From: Eledone cirrhosa
Lineage: Eukaryota
Assembly (NCBI GenBank): GCA_964016885.1
Contig: OZ024750.1
Span: forward strand, 48,484,001-48,548,000
Length of the DNA: 64,000 nucleotides
Direction: 5' to 3'
Made by a program: the position numbers and the translations under genes. This document shows positions 45,255 through 58,175 of this stretch, piece after piece (position 1 is the first letter of the stretch; every line of letters begins with the position of its first letter). The notes under the pieces are model-generated. The model was not told the origin of the DNA. It saw only the letters and a list, made by a program, of their open reading frames with translations, and searched no databases.

Positions 45255-45615
45255 AGTAGGAAGAAGGGAAATGTAGGAATAATCGTAAACAGAAACGTAA
45301 AAACGCGTAAAAATAAAACCAGATTTGGATTTAAATTGAAAGAGATTTTATCGTTCCCAATATTTCGAATTTCACATCCATCGACGTAGGAGGATTCCGA
45401 ATGGAAATATGTATGTCAGGGAAGCGAACAATGTGCGGCAGTCGCTATTATCCGTTTGCGTCCAATCACCCGATATACGTTTATTCCTTCGGATACCACA
45501 GCGTCGATGGATGTGATATCTGAAATATTGGGACCAACAAATCTCTGGTTTTTATTTTACGCCTACTTACTTCACTTTTTATCTTTCGTCGTACATTTAT
45601 CTCTCTTCCTTCTGT
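45255..45615. repeat. Imperfect long inverted repeat (MITE/fold-back-like)
   Basis: cgtaaaaataaaaccaga...tcccaatatttc...tcacatccatcgacg mirrored by cgtcgatggatgtga...gaaatattggga...tctggtttttattttacg. Confidence 0.75.
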
Positions 45616-46495
45616 CACCCCTGTGAACCTGTAAGAATATATTATATCATTCTAATGTAAAATTTTATTTTTATTCGTGGGTTACTATTAATATTTCAAA
45701 ATAAATAAACGTGAACTCTTTGTACTCATGTTTTAGAAGATACATTATTCAGTAGCGTCCATGAAAGCGCATTAGCTAATAGACCTAATCATTGTTATAG
45801 TCAGAAAATCAAATAGAAATAATATTCCAAATATACACCGAAATATTATTTACGTGGATGATATTTAATTTTGAAAAACAATCAATTCGCGGGACTCAAA
45901 TTATATCCTTATATTGGAGACTGCGACGACAGTTTCTATAATGTTTTTAACATTTTCATGGAAAGTATGTTTGAAAGAGGATGTATTGCGATGTCGTTTC
46001 TCGCTGATAGATGGGTATTCATTCTGCCTTATACATTTGGTAACTTCTTGAGCATTTTCTGAATTTACGAGTCCATAACATTATGGACTCGTAATCACTC
46101 CTGGGTTCTAAGAGGTAACAATACGTCATTTCGTGTACATTAAAGCAGGCAAAGTTAATCTCTCATCATGTTTGAATACAGCCAGTTCCTTCAAAACCGA
46201 AAGAGAACGAGAGAGGAATGATTGTGTAAATGTCTGTCAGAAATCAATAAATAAGACGCAAGACAAGTAAGGGACTGGTAATATGGGATGAAGGTGAAGT
46301 TGACTGCAGGATGAAGAATGTCGGAAATAATACCGAAAATCATTATCTCCGACTAGGTAATGGACGATTCTTCCAATTCGCCGATTTCTCTATTCGGCAC
46401 CTTCCACATTTATACCCTGAATATAAAATAATTAAGAAGTTATTAAAAAATATTACCGATTATAATTTTGAAACTTCTAGAAGTTGTCCAGGAAT

Positions 46496-46750
46496 GAATA
46501 ATTGTTTCTACTGTTTGCACAAGGCCAGCAATTATTCCAGTATATTACTGGTACTTTATTTTATCGACCCCATAAGATGAAAATCAGAGTTGATTTCGGC
46601 GAGATTTGAAATCAGACAATAAAGGGTCGTAACTCTTCGCTGCAGAGCATGCGTCCGACCATCTGCAGATACTGATAATCCACCAATATTACAAAAAGTA
46701 CCAGTAATACACTGAGATAATGCTGACATTGTACCAAAAGTAGAAACATA
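46496..46750 (-). mobile_element. SINE S1 copy plus an inverted copy of its 3' end
   Basis: S1 body 46496-46685(-); aaagtaccagtaat...aaagtagaaaca 46696-46748(+). Confidence 0.85.
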
Positions 46751-47059
46751 TATTATATCAACTATTACATATTCTCCAAACCTACTTCTACAATATATTA
46801 ATAGTCTGAAATTCCAACTCGTATAGACAATGAATTATAGATGGCCGAACCGATCATTCATCGTATTCATATCAATTTCTCCAGTGAAGAAGACTTCCTA
46901 CGGTATAATTATCTTCCCACTTCCTGGTGATTAAGGCAAACAATATAGTTCACGACATGCCAATGAAAATAGTTGCTCTCTTGCGTTTCACTGCACATTT
47001 ATCTAGAGTCATATCTCACTTAGGTTCCTATTCCGTATAGGACTTGAAAGCGTTAAGCG

Positions 47060-48985
47060 TATATACGTGGCGACGTGCTTAATTGGAACGGAATTATAAA
47101 AGTCACTTAACACACATATATACATACTTCCGTTCTGCTGCCAGTTGCAGTACGAGCTTCGAGGAGATGGGAGAACAAGTCTGGCATATTTACGTAAATC
47201 TTGTAGGGCAGACCATCCAAACCGGGTTACTTGCGCCTCATGCAGCTGACAAGGGCATCTTGTATGTCGGCTGAAGTAATCGCCCGTTCGCAGCACTCAG
47301 CATCGGCCGTCGAGAGTTGCAACAAGCCATCGAGGTAGGGTCTGAATTTCGCTATCGTCTCTGACCCGCCATTTCCCTCTGACAATTTCATTTGTTTGCG
47401 TTGACGGCCACCAGTCTAAAGGCACCCCCATCGTTATTGTTGACATTGAGGACCACCAACTTCCGTCTGGGTCCCGGAACATCGACCTTACCTCGAGATC
47501 CAGGCTTTACCTAAAGAACACTGCCACCCCACCTCCCATTCCCGGCCGTCTAACAGATGCAAATATCTGATAGTCGTCGAAAATCCTGGTCTCGCTGACG
47601 GTAATAACAACCATTTAAACTTCCTACTCTTAATAAGGCCATGTTAGCAGGTTTAAAGAGAGAGAGGAAAGGTTTACTTACCTTCCGGGCTATTGTGAAG
47701 GTCGGGTGGTTCGACCTCCATAGTTGGTAGGGTGTCTTTTGGAACCCAGTTAATAGTCTTGAAGTGGGTTTTACGTTCGGAGTTCGCACGTCCCGGGGAA
47801 AGCTGTCTCGGATCCCTTTGTATAAATCGAGCGACAATCGCACCAGAAACAGCTCTTCCGGTACGCGAAATGTGTGCGATTTAAACATTTCCCTCTCTTT
47901 TTGTATATTATCACTTCATGCTACGAGGACCCTTGTTCCTTGTTTGGCCCTCCTGACGAGTAGGACGTTTGGTATGTTTTGTTGGTGTGATTTTATGTTT
48001 GCATGGCTGTGGTGGTGATAGTTTTGGTGGTGCTGTTTCGGTTGTATCTGTGTTTCTTGTGAGTGTGGTGTCTATGGTTTCAGATGTTTGTGTGTGTGTT
48101 TGTTCTTGCGTCTGTTTAGGCTGTTTCCGTTTGGGGGATTCTTGTGATTATGATGGTGGTGTTGATCTTGGTGTTATTGGAGATATGTTTGCGTGGGTGG
48201 TGTCTGCATGTTTTATTGGGGGTGATTTTGTGCTTTGTTGAGTTTTTATTTCCTTTTTGTGTTTCCTTTTTTGTATTTTGGGGGATTTTGGTTTTCCCTC
48301 TTCTTCACTACTGGTAGATGAGGGGGTCTGTGTCTGTAAGTGTGTCTGTGAGTGTGTTTATGTTTTTATTGACGTGTGTATTTTAGGGGCAGGGGGAATT
48401 TGACAATGTTCCTCGTTTCCCCACAGGGCGGTCAATTTTGGTGGTAGTCTATTAGTGTTGTTGTTGGTTGTTTTGCCGGTGCTGGTGTTGGTTGTGGTCC
48501 TCGCCCCGGCGTCCGCAGCAGTGGAGCCCTTCGACTCCTTGCATCTTTCAGCAGTTGAGGGCAGAAGGCTCGCACATGTTTTTTTTTTCCACACAAACAA
48601 AAACATGCGGCCTTTTGCTTTCGGTCATAATATGAATTACCTTCCCACTCTGAAGGCGGATGTGGTCCGGGATTGTCTTCACATTCTCGGGACTGATATC
48701 GAGAAGTATCTCCAGGTCAACCCCGGACCAGTCCTCTATGGCCGTTCTTGTCACTTCTATCCGTCCCCTCCACAATCACACATCCCAGAAGCCACCACAT
48801 GTCAAGTTCTGGTGGGATTCTGAGAATGCAGAGATGGGCCGTTCTTTTTCCCATGTGGGAGGGGTACATTATGACCTTGCTAGTTTTGCAAGGAGTCATG
48901 GTGTGTTTCATAGCGAGGGTTTCTGACTTTAACAGCACCGAAATGGCGCCATACATTCTGACCCTCGTTACGTATTCGGTCTATA
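47060..48985 (-). mobile_element. Tx1/L1-type LINE copy B: ORF1 remnant and start of ORF2 (AP endonuclease), RT absent
   Basis: Zinc knuckle CLCGKKKHVRAFC near 48610-48560; ORF2 ATG 47642 MALLRVGSLN; DPDGKLVVLNV...GAFRLVAV across a frameshift. Confidence 0.75.
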
Positions 48986-48989
48986 CCTG

Positions 48990-51205
48990 TCAGACAGTTC
49001 AAAACGTCTGAGCAGATTGTTGAGGCTTGTACACCCTCCTGCCCAGTCTACTAGGCCCACATATTCCCAGCGTGCATCTAATATACCATTCCAGTCGCCC
49101 ACTCACACTAAAGAGTGGGACTTTCCAAGAACGTTCTCTAGACGTCTGAAGAAATCTGGCCGTCGTGCCCTGTTGGGGCGTAGACGGCTACTAGCCTGAA
49201 AGCATTGCCTTCGCTGCCGGTCACGTCCAGCACCACCGACTTACCTTCTGGGTCCAGGAAGATGGTCCGTATGGCGATATCCAAGCCTCACCGAAAAAGC
49301 ACGGCAACTCTTCCCCCGAACCTGGACGGCTGGGAGATGCATATATACATCGTAGCCGCCGAAGATCGGTGCGAAGGATCGTGCTTCGGAGATTCTGGAC
49401 TCGCTGATGGCCACCACATCTATGTTTAGTTACCTGAGGTCATTTAGCAGGTGACCCTGCTTCAAAGATGACCCCAGACCACGTATATTTATACTGCCTA
49501 TTCTACGTACGGCCATGTTGGATGAGAAACGGGTAAGTGAGAAAGGATCACTTACCTTGTGTGGTGAAGGGACAGCAGAACTGTCCCTTTGGCTGGTCAA
49601 GGGTGTCTCCAAGAGGATATCGCTGTATATCCTCTTGGTAACCCACGCTCTGACGTCTCCAACTGCGTTTGGGAATTTTTGTTTTAAAAGTTTGTAATGT
49701 TTTATTGAGATTTCACTGATGCTTATATTTGTCGGGAGAGTTCTTTGTATTGGTGGGCTGTAGTAGTTTTTTTCTGTGTGCTGCTTTATATGTTGTAAGA
49801 GTTTTTTTTATTTGCCATGTTTATGGCTGTGTACATTTTTGGTTGGTGGTGGTAGTGGAACCCGCTCAGCGATTTTACCGCCGGCGTAGCTACTCCGACT
49901 GCTGGTGTTGCCGCCACTGCTGCCGTTGCTTTAGTTGTCCGTGGCCTTGGTATGGGTTCCACGGACGTTGCCCTCCTACACACCATGGAAGGGTCTTCTG
50001 CCTCTGTTGCCTGACCTGCTCTTGGCAGCAGTGAATCAGGCATCGGAAGGAAGGCGGGGTTCTCTTCTTGGCTATTTGCAGGCAGAGGGCCCTGAGGTGA
50101 CCCTTCTGCCCACAGAGATAGCACTTTGGGCGCCTTCTTTCCACGCTTATAGGCAGTTGGAGCTCTTCCTCGAGGTCTATGAGGTCTAGGATGGCCTCGA
50201 TGCACACTTGGTCATTCTGTATTAGCATTTGCATGCCTATTCGTGACCAGTTCTCTCTTCCCATTCTCTGTATTTGCAGTATGGTGGAGTTCTCCTCGAT
50301 TCCAGCCAGTACAGACGCGGCCAGCCAAGTTATGGGCACGTCGAGCGGGACCTGTGTCACTTTGACCCTCATAATTTTCTTCCCGCAGTAGGAGGGCATT
50401 AACACTATCTCCTCACTCTTTAGAATTTTCAAAGTGTGAGATTTCGCCTCTTGGCTTAGCGAAAAGTTCGTCTACTGTGGCGTAATATTTGCCTTGGGCG
50501 ATGTGGGTTTTGCGTGCCCAGACGCACCCCACCGCCTTTTGGATTTGAGCCTCCGTGGTTCTCTCCACCAGATGTGACGTTTTGTTTTCGGTGCGGTAAG
50601 TCACCGTGCACAGTTGCTGGCCTTTGAATAAATCGGGTGGAGGTTTCAGGGAAACTCGATTGTTGTTTCTCGACACCATGGCTCTTGCGACTGCCATCTC
50701 CTCCTCTGTGACTTGCACTGATTCTATATTTCGGGCCACACCCGCGAAAGAAGTGGCCCCTTTTTCAGCAGCACCATTATTGCTGCCGCTTCTGGTCTTC
50801 TTGTTGGTGCTGTTGTTGTTGCTACTGCTACACACGGTGTTGGTGGTGTTGTTTCTGTTATCACTGTTGTAGTGGGCTGTGCTTTTGGTGCCACCGTTGT
50901 TGTTGTTTTCGGTGCAATTTGTATTGTTGCTGTTGACGTTGTCGTTGTTTATTTTCTTGTTAGTGGTGTTAATATCGTTGTTGCATTTGTTGTCATTTTT
51001 TTCTGTTGTCTGTATTTTGATTGACGTTGTTATTGTTGTGGTTGGTGTGGTAATTTTTTCAAGATTAGTGTTCTCAGTGTTGTCTTTGTTCACGTTGTTT
51101 TTGGTGGTGTCTGTTGTAAGAATTTTTGTAACCTTCCTCTCAACCTTTACGCCGTTGTCAGACGACAGGAGACATATTGATGGGGCGTGGCTCAGCCATG
51201 TTTTT
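48990..51205 (-). mobile_element. Tx1/L1-type LINE copy A: ORF1 (N/T-rich N-terminus, CCHC knuckle) and start of ORF2 APE, RT absent
   Basis: SFAGVARN, RPKCYLCGQKGHLRALC; ORF2 ATG 49516 MAVRRIGSINIRGL...DVVAISESR...GRVAVLFR...DPEGKSVVLDV...FRLVAVYAP. Confidence 0.85.
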
Positions 51206-51519
51206 TTTTAAACTTTTTTTAAAAAAAAAGTAAAATGTTCAAATATTTGGACCAAAAGGCCCAAACATTATACTTTCCCCTTAATAGGGAAAAGTCTAAG
51301 GCCTTATATTCCTTACACAATAAGAAATATTTAACAACAAATAATTTTGACAGCAAATAAAAGCGACTTACTGGGAGCGGCAAAAAGCATCCGAACAGAC
51401 CAATAATAATAGTAATAAAAATCGTCGCTTCCACACTTTGGCACAAGGCCAGCGTAATCTCAGTGCAAAATAATTATTAGGAACCGAAATAGTTGTCAGC
51501 TGTAACTACAGTGGTATTA

Positions 51520-51727
51520 ATAATGGTTTCTTATTTAGGCACAAGGCCAGCAATTTTTGGGGAGAGAAAGTCCATTAAATCAACCATAGTTTGTGACTGG
51601 TACTTTATTTTATCGACCCCGTAAGGATGAAAGCAAAGTTAACCTCGGCGGGATTTGAGCTCACACCGTAACTCTATACTGCAAAGTATGGCGTCCGACC
51701 CTCATCCTATACTGCCAATCCACCGCC
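51520..51727 (-). mobile_element. SINE S1 variant
   Basis: aggcacaaggccagcaa...ctggtactttattttatcgaccccgtaaggatgaaa...actgccaatccaccgcc. Confidence 0.85.
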
Positions 51728-53229
51728 CTACATTGGTATTAATAATAACAAGGGTAACAACCACGCCCGGACAAAAGGGACTGCTAGACTGTGGATGCGT
51801 GTTGTAGAAAGCAAAATACATAGATATCGGTATACAGATGTAAATACAGGTACACATATAGAGAAAATAGGAGCAAAATGAACAAAGAAAATATATAAAT
51901 ACAAATACAAGTATATTGTTGATTGTTGTAGTAATGACCAGCAGATGTCCGACGAGCTTTTGATTCCAGAGTAGGGCCAGATCGATACATATCGAATCTT
52001 GATTTGATCAATAGCGAAACGTGCGTCACCAATCAATAAACGTAATGAACGCTTAATAGGTCGTCGTCGTATTATTATATTGCACTCTATCCAGCTCTAC
52101 ACCTCGCCACTGACATGAACCTGAACATGGAGCGCTCACCTGGGTGAACCAACAGTAATTTCACCTTACACTCCTTGGATATATATATAATGTGAGGATG
52201 CTGATATGTGTGGTTTGTATATGTTATATTCTCATTCTAATGGGCAAACATATCTGTTTTATTGTAGTCGAGACACAGTATCATACATAGAACTACAATT
52301 TCGTATGTAGGTTTTCTAGAATTGTTAAATTATCCCAAAGAGGATTTTGATGATTAACTTTGTGAATTACTTGTTAATAAACATTGCACATACACTTTCA
52401 TTTGTTTTAATTTAATTCAACCAAAGCATGTATTCAGTTTGTATCAAATAATAGCACGTTTTCCTCTACTTTTTTCGCAACCAACATTATAGATTTTAGT
52501 CAAAGATAGATATTCGTATTCCACACGTTTTGCACTCTGAAAATCCAATAAGTAATTTCAATTGAATTATGAAACTAAACAGAAATATTTTCCTTAAACA
52601 TATATTTTATTTGATACATTTCCTATTTTTAATTCACTTGCTACCTTGTAAAGATTTTATATGTATTTGTTTATTTATTTCCAAATTAAATAACCTATCT
52701 GGGCCAAAGGCCAAGTGTTCAGAGAATATCTTTCTGGGGAAGCAACGATTTTACTTCATGTCATGTTCAAAGAATTAATGTTTCTATTTCAGTTACAGTA
52801 AATCGTAATTTTGTGTCTAGGCGATTTGCGACAAACAATCGTAATCTCCAAAGGATATTATTATTAGTTTTACAACAGAAACAGTTTAGGTGGCAAACAA
52901 TTTAATTTCTCCGAAATGAATAAATTTATTTCAAGCTGAAGGAAATACAAGAGTTAACCCTCCTCCTTTACTCAATATATGCTGCTCTGAAAAAATACAC
53001 AACTCATTTTATCACAATTTAAATCAAATTTCCGGATACATCTCGTTCTTTACGTTAATATGGGATTTAGTTTAAATGAATATTCATTCATATTCATGTA
53101 TCTTAAGATGTATCTTCAGTCAATTTCAATATCGTTGTTGTTGTATCAGGGATTATCTTACTAGAGGATGTAACATAGAACTGGTTAGTGATTATACCGA
53201 CAGGTGCAGTATTAACGTAAATTATCAGA

Positions 53230-55135
53230 TACATTCAACGTGATGAAATAAATCACATTCGTTATGCAAGGCTTCAATCAATATATCAGGAGTTCGATAC
53301 CACACTCCTCCTCTGTATATGTGAGGACCATGTATGCAGATCTGATTGCATCCGAATACAGAGAACACCCTGAGCAAACTAAGCACGTTGATACACGGGG
53401 AAGATTGCTCAGCGTTGCAGTTTCTGCTTCAGCTGGTGAGGTATGCGCGATAAAGATACGTGGTGTGGTGCTGGATAGCAGGTGGGCCCTTTGGTCGAAT
53501 GGTGAGATCGAACATGCCATCAGAGCAAAGAAGAAGGCTTACAAAGCAGGGTTTGGAAATACTCTCAAAGTAGGGTTTGGAAGTACTCTCTCTTGCACTT
53601 GCGGTACAGGAAGGCATGAACAATCGAAGCATGGAGAGTAAAGGCGTCCAAAGATAAGGCATGCGAATAACTTGGGTTTAAGTTGGTATACGACTTAGGA
53701 TCAGCACATAAACTGTTGTGGAAGACCATGACCTGAATTCATAATAAGAAACCCTCCTCAACACTTGCTGTCAAGAATGCGTCTCTAGTTCTCCCATTCT
53801 CAGAGGTTCATCCTTGCAAGGTGGAGGGAATACATTTTAGATCTCTGCTACACGATCACAAAAGCAGCAAGGCCGCTGGTGAAGATAAAATATGGTCTGA
53901 GATGTATTCTGTTGCAGACTCGTGTGCGCAAGCAGGCAGGGTCTGTCGAAAGGCATCTAAACAATAGCCACCGGGAGTGATAATCCCACTTTTCAAAAAG
54001 AGAGACACGGAAGAATTTTCCTTGTGAAGACCCTTCGGTAATGTTTATGTTAAGTGTCAGGCTAAGAGATGCAGCGAGATTGTTGAGTCCAAGTTAGCTG
54101 GTGATCTGTGTGTGTTTTTCCCCGGATGCAGCACAGCCGATCAATTATTCACGTTGCAGCAGGTCTTAGAGATATTATGGGAGTATTGTCAAGAGATAAA
54201 TTCTTGTTTTGACCTCATTGAAAAGGCATATGGCCACGTTCCTGCTGTGGAAATTTGTGCTGGAGTATGGAACCGATGGTCAGCTTCTTCGATGCCCTGA
54301 TGTCTCTATACGAATGAACGAGTATTTGTGTTTCGATAAATCGTGCTAAATCGAAATCCTTGATGGTGTAGTTTGGACAAATTCAATATGGTGATCTCCG
54401 AATTGCACTCGATAATGTTAATGCCGATTGCTGCAATCATAGAGTGAAAATCAGTGCTGCAAAAATGGAGACCATCGTCGTTTGAAGGAAGCATGGGCAG
54501 TGCACTCTACACATAAATTTAGTTCCTCTAAATATAGACGTTCAAGTATCTCGGGCCTGGAGTGTGAATTAAGTGCAAGGATTGCATGACATGGTGCAGT
54601 AATGCACCAGCTTTAGCATTAAGTAATTGGAGGAAGGGAGGTAGGCGTAAATGCCAACCTCGCTCTCTTCAAGTCGGCATTGGTGCTAATTATAGTCTCT
54701 TATTTTGGGTAATGACAGAAAGAATATGATCGCGGATGCAAGCGGACGAAATGGGATTCCTCTGAACGGTCTTTGGTGTAACGTCATATATAGAGTGCGT
54801 AGCACCGAGATCAGAGAGTCACTGCAGTTAGAGCTGCCACTTCTCAGGTCTGATACTATGGACATAAGATTGTCTCAGGAAAGAATCGCTGCACAGATTT
54901 TAGGGCAAAACCAATCGACAGAAGACCCAGTAGTAAACCCTGTAGCAAGATAGTTAGGTAACCTCCAGGAACTTGACTGCTCGGGCGTAAGGATCAAGCC
55001 GGATGCGTTGGAGACAGTTGTTTCTGACAGGTCCCACTGGAAGGTGTGTTTGAGCACTATGCCACCATGACCCTCTTAGGAATAAGTGGTCAAAAAAGAT
55101 TAAGTAGGAATGTATGTATGGATGTATGTTTGTAT
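53230..55135 (+). mobile_element. Heavily decayed RTE-clade LINE (RT and 3' end, short tgta-type tail)
   Basis: GVIIPLFKK.D, F.PGCSTADQLFTLQQVLE..WEY, EKAY..VP, RVRSTEIRESLQLE.LL, DRSHWKVCLSTMPP. Confidence 0.8.
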
Positions 55136-55154
55136 ATATGTATATATATGTGTG

Positions 55155-55993
55155 AGGTATATCCTAATGTTTGTTGAGTGATATGGAGTTGGTCAGAGTA
55201 TCGCTTAAGGCTTTCTCTGTTAATGTATTAAATATATACTTTTGGTAGCCAGATATGATTTCCAGATATACGGTATGACATTATTTATTATTATTATTTT
55301 TTATATGAAATACTGATTGAATTTCCTTATATCCCATGTCTGATATTTTAGCCTTAGAGAATAACTATGTGTGTATATGGGTGGTCCATACATGTATTTA
55401 TTATATTTTAATATCTCTATGTGTGCATTGATTGTGTATACATATATTTATTCTTTTAATATCCAATTGAGTTTTTAAACACGTGGTTATAATACCTAAC
55501 AGGTTTAAATGACCAGTGTGTATATTGTTTCATATTTTAAGATGACCTCACCTTACCCTCTTGGGGACAGCGTGTATCTTATCTTCATGAGGACTGCTGG
55601 CTTTTCGAATCTAGCAGTCTCTTTAGCGCTGAAGGAGACCATCACTAATGTATTAATGACGATATAATGTTTATATCGATATTATTTGGGCATCCACTGA
55701 TGAGTTTATAAGAGCGCGTTTGTGTATAAGACTATGGATTATATACAATTTTCTACATAACCTGGACATCATTTATCCCAAATTGTAGAAATCTTATAAC
55801 GAAACGATCGTGTGGAAGGAAAGAGATATTTATTTAATTATGTGTCATATAAAATAATACAACCAGCTATCCACGAAATACTGATTAGTTAGCACCCCAA
55901 ACACTAAATTGGGAGAATACATAGGTATATCGTAATGTTTGTTGAGTAAGATGGAGTTGGTCAGAGTATCGCTTAAGGCTTTCTCTGTTAATG

Positions 55994-55999
<6 letters not shown>
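55155..55999 (+). mobile_element. ~768-bp HHR-containing non-coding unit with ~76-bp direct terminal repeat ending at (TA)n
   Basis: 55155-55230 repeated at 55923-55999. Confidence 0.75.
55693..55816 (+). ncRNA. Type I hammerhead motif with a 97-nt stem II region; triplet GUG (probably inactive)
   Basis: UCCA-CUGAUGA(55697-55703)-GUUUAUAAGA...UCUUAUAAC-GAAA(55801-55804)-CGAUCG-UG-UGGA. Confidence 0.7.
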
Positions 56000-56041
<42 letters not shown>

Positions 56042-56332
56042 TAAGGATTTACAGAAACCCAAGAAGCTAGATATACCATCTCTCTAGTGGGTCCGGGTAT
56101 GCTTTTTACATTCATTTGATTTATTGATTCATTGATAATTTATCTGAGTGTTCCGAATCTTCCATATCGCAATTTTTCGGTTGTTTGGTTGATTGTAGAC
56201 ATATTCTACGTGTGACGGTATTTTAACGATAGTTATAGCTCTGATTTATTTGAATTATAGAGCCCTCTGCCGCTCATCTCGAATTTTGTTTATCGTGAAC
56301 TCGTGCGCCGATTTTTCGATACTCGATTATTC

Positions 56333-56369
<37 letters not shown>

Positions 56370-56525
56370 GGATTGGTTCCCTGAAATAGCGATGTAGAAA
56401 GTATATATTGTATATTTGGTAATATACCGTATGTTAAATTAAAAACCATTTGTAGACCTTGCGCTATTATTTTAAAGTACTGACTATGTCACTTACTTCT
56501 TTTTTTCGACAAGGAATGGAGAGAA

Positions 56526-56566
56526 CCTGACAGATTCTGTTTCACACTGTTGGTGTTCCTCAGAAC
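56526..56566 (-). ncRNA. Type I hammerhead motif, canonical core (homologue of 43676-43718)
   Basis: Minus strand: CUGAGGA-ACAC-caaca-GUGU-GAAA-CAG-aau-CUG-UC. Confidence 0.7.
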
Positions 56567-57019
56567 AACGTACTCCTTGCCCCTGCCGAAAATTATAGAG
56601 GCTGGATTCTTATAGAAAATATCACAATTCATTTGTCGCTGCATGATTTTGGTAAAACATTAATAGTGCCAACTTGTCGTTGTAGAACTATCTTCATATT
56701 AGAAAAAACAGATTTGCTTTCTTATTCCCATTAATGTAAGTGTTCTTTACACAGAAACATACATTGTAATGATTACGTATTCTCTTTCAATTTCCGCAGC
56801 TACATCAGTAATATTTCCGTTGCTGCGAATTATGTCCTGTATTTCTTATGGTTTACAACATTTCTTTCATTAGAAATTGTAGTTGAGTACAAATATTTCC
56901 TGCAATTAGGACTTTAACTGGGAAATGTAATCTACAATTGACAAATAATTCAGTAACAGTGACGGACACTTGAGGATCTCACGTATGACAATAAGATTAT
57001 TTCATATAAAAAGTTATTT

Positions 57020-57450
57020 TCACATTTTTGCGATAGCTTCGTACCAGATAACCGCGTATGTACGTAGTGATCCGCTTCTTGGCTTATAATCAAATCATAG
57101 TGTGATTTTTATTAGATGAATTGTAAGATGTTTCATCTTATGAAGAGAGGGAATCCACACAGAACATCTGTGTAATCAAACATTCTAAAGAATCCTCTAA
57201 ATCACACGCGTTCTTTAATTTGTTTCCTTAAATCAAATAGAGCCCATAAGAAATCGTAGAGGACCGGTATTCCAATGACACCGTATAATCTACAAACAAA
57301 TGAGACATTTGGCAATCTAGTTCTAGATACATAGTCACGTATCTAATGATCATAGTCAAGTGTCTAATTTCTGTTTGATCAGGGGAATGACAACAAATCA
57401 TTTCCATTACATTTTCAATTTTAAGATCACTTTGATATCTCATATATAAC
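57020..57450 (-). pseudogene. Possible very old hAT transposase remnant
   Basis: SPDQTEIRHLTMIIRYV resembles TPD.S..EQL..IIRYV; downstream IKER and IRG..YE..A.M only across frameshifts. Confidence 0.3.
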
Positions 57451-57486
57451 ATTGATTAAATCAATTTCAAAGACATTATCATAATC

Positions 57487-58175
57487 GGTGGATGGGCAGT
57501 ATCGGTAGAGGGTCGGACGCCATGCTTTCCAGCATAGTTATGTCTCTTTACCATCTGAGTTCATGTCCCGCCGAGGTTAACTTTGCATTTCATCCTTTCA
57601 TACAGGGTCGATAAAATAAAGAATCAGTAATATACTGGGTAATTGCTGGCCTTGTTCCAAATGTAGAAACAATTATTATAATCGTAAACAATTAATATAA
57701 TCGTAAATATGGTTTTATTAACATTGACAAATTTGAAATTTGAAACAGTATCCATTAAATGCAGTCATTATAATAATTGTTTCTACTTTAGGCACAAGGC
57801 CAGCAATTACCTAGTTCATTACTGGTACTTTATTTTATCGACCCCGTAAGGATGAAAGGCAAAGTCAACCTCGGCGGGATTTGAACACAGATCGTAAAGG
57901 GACGATCTGAGTTCAAATCCGTCATTATAATAATCTGAGTTCAAATCAATCATTATAATAATAATTGATGGACATAATAATATGGCGGTGGACTGGCAGT
58001 ATCGGTAGAGGGTCGGACGCCATGCTTTGACGCATAGAGTTACGGCCCTTGTCATTCTAAGTTCAAATCCCGTCGAGGTTAACTTTGCCTTTCATCCTTA
58101 CGGGGTCGATAAAATAAAGTACCAGTAATGCACTGAGTAATTGCTGGCCTTGTGCCAACAGCAGAAACAATGATA
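57487..58175. mobile_element. Three SINE S1 copies in +/-/+ orientation
   Basis: 57487-57678(+, flanked by attat.ataatcg), 57772-57905(-), 57984-58172(+). Confidence 0.9.

Noticed and set aside
46065-46094. Perfect 14-bp-arm hairpin ttacgagtccataa-ca-ttatggactcgtaa
   Set aside because: Isolated, with no context; likely a small local snap-back duplication
50606-51211. Hydrophobic L/V-rich plus-strand ORFs resembling membrane proteins
   Set aside because: Antisense shadow of the Asn/Thr-rich LINE ORF1
51790-52170. Possible solo LTR (tgt...aca with AATAAA)
   Set aside because: No target-site duplication, partner LTR or primer-binding site
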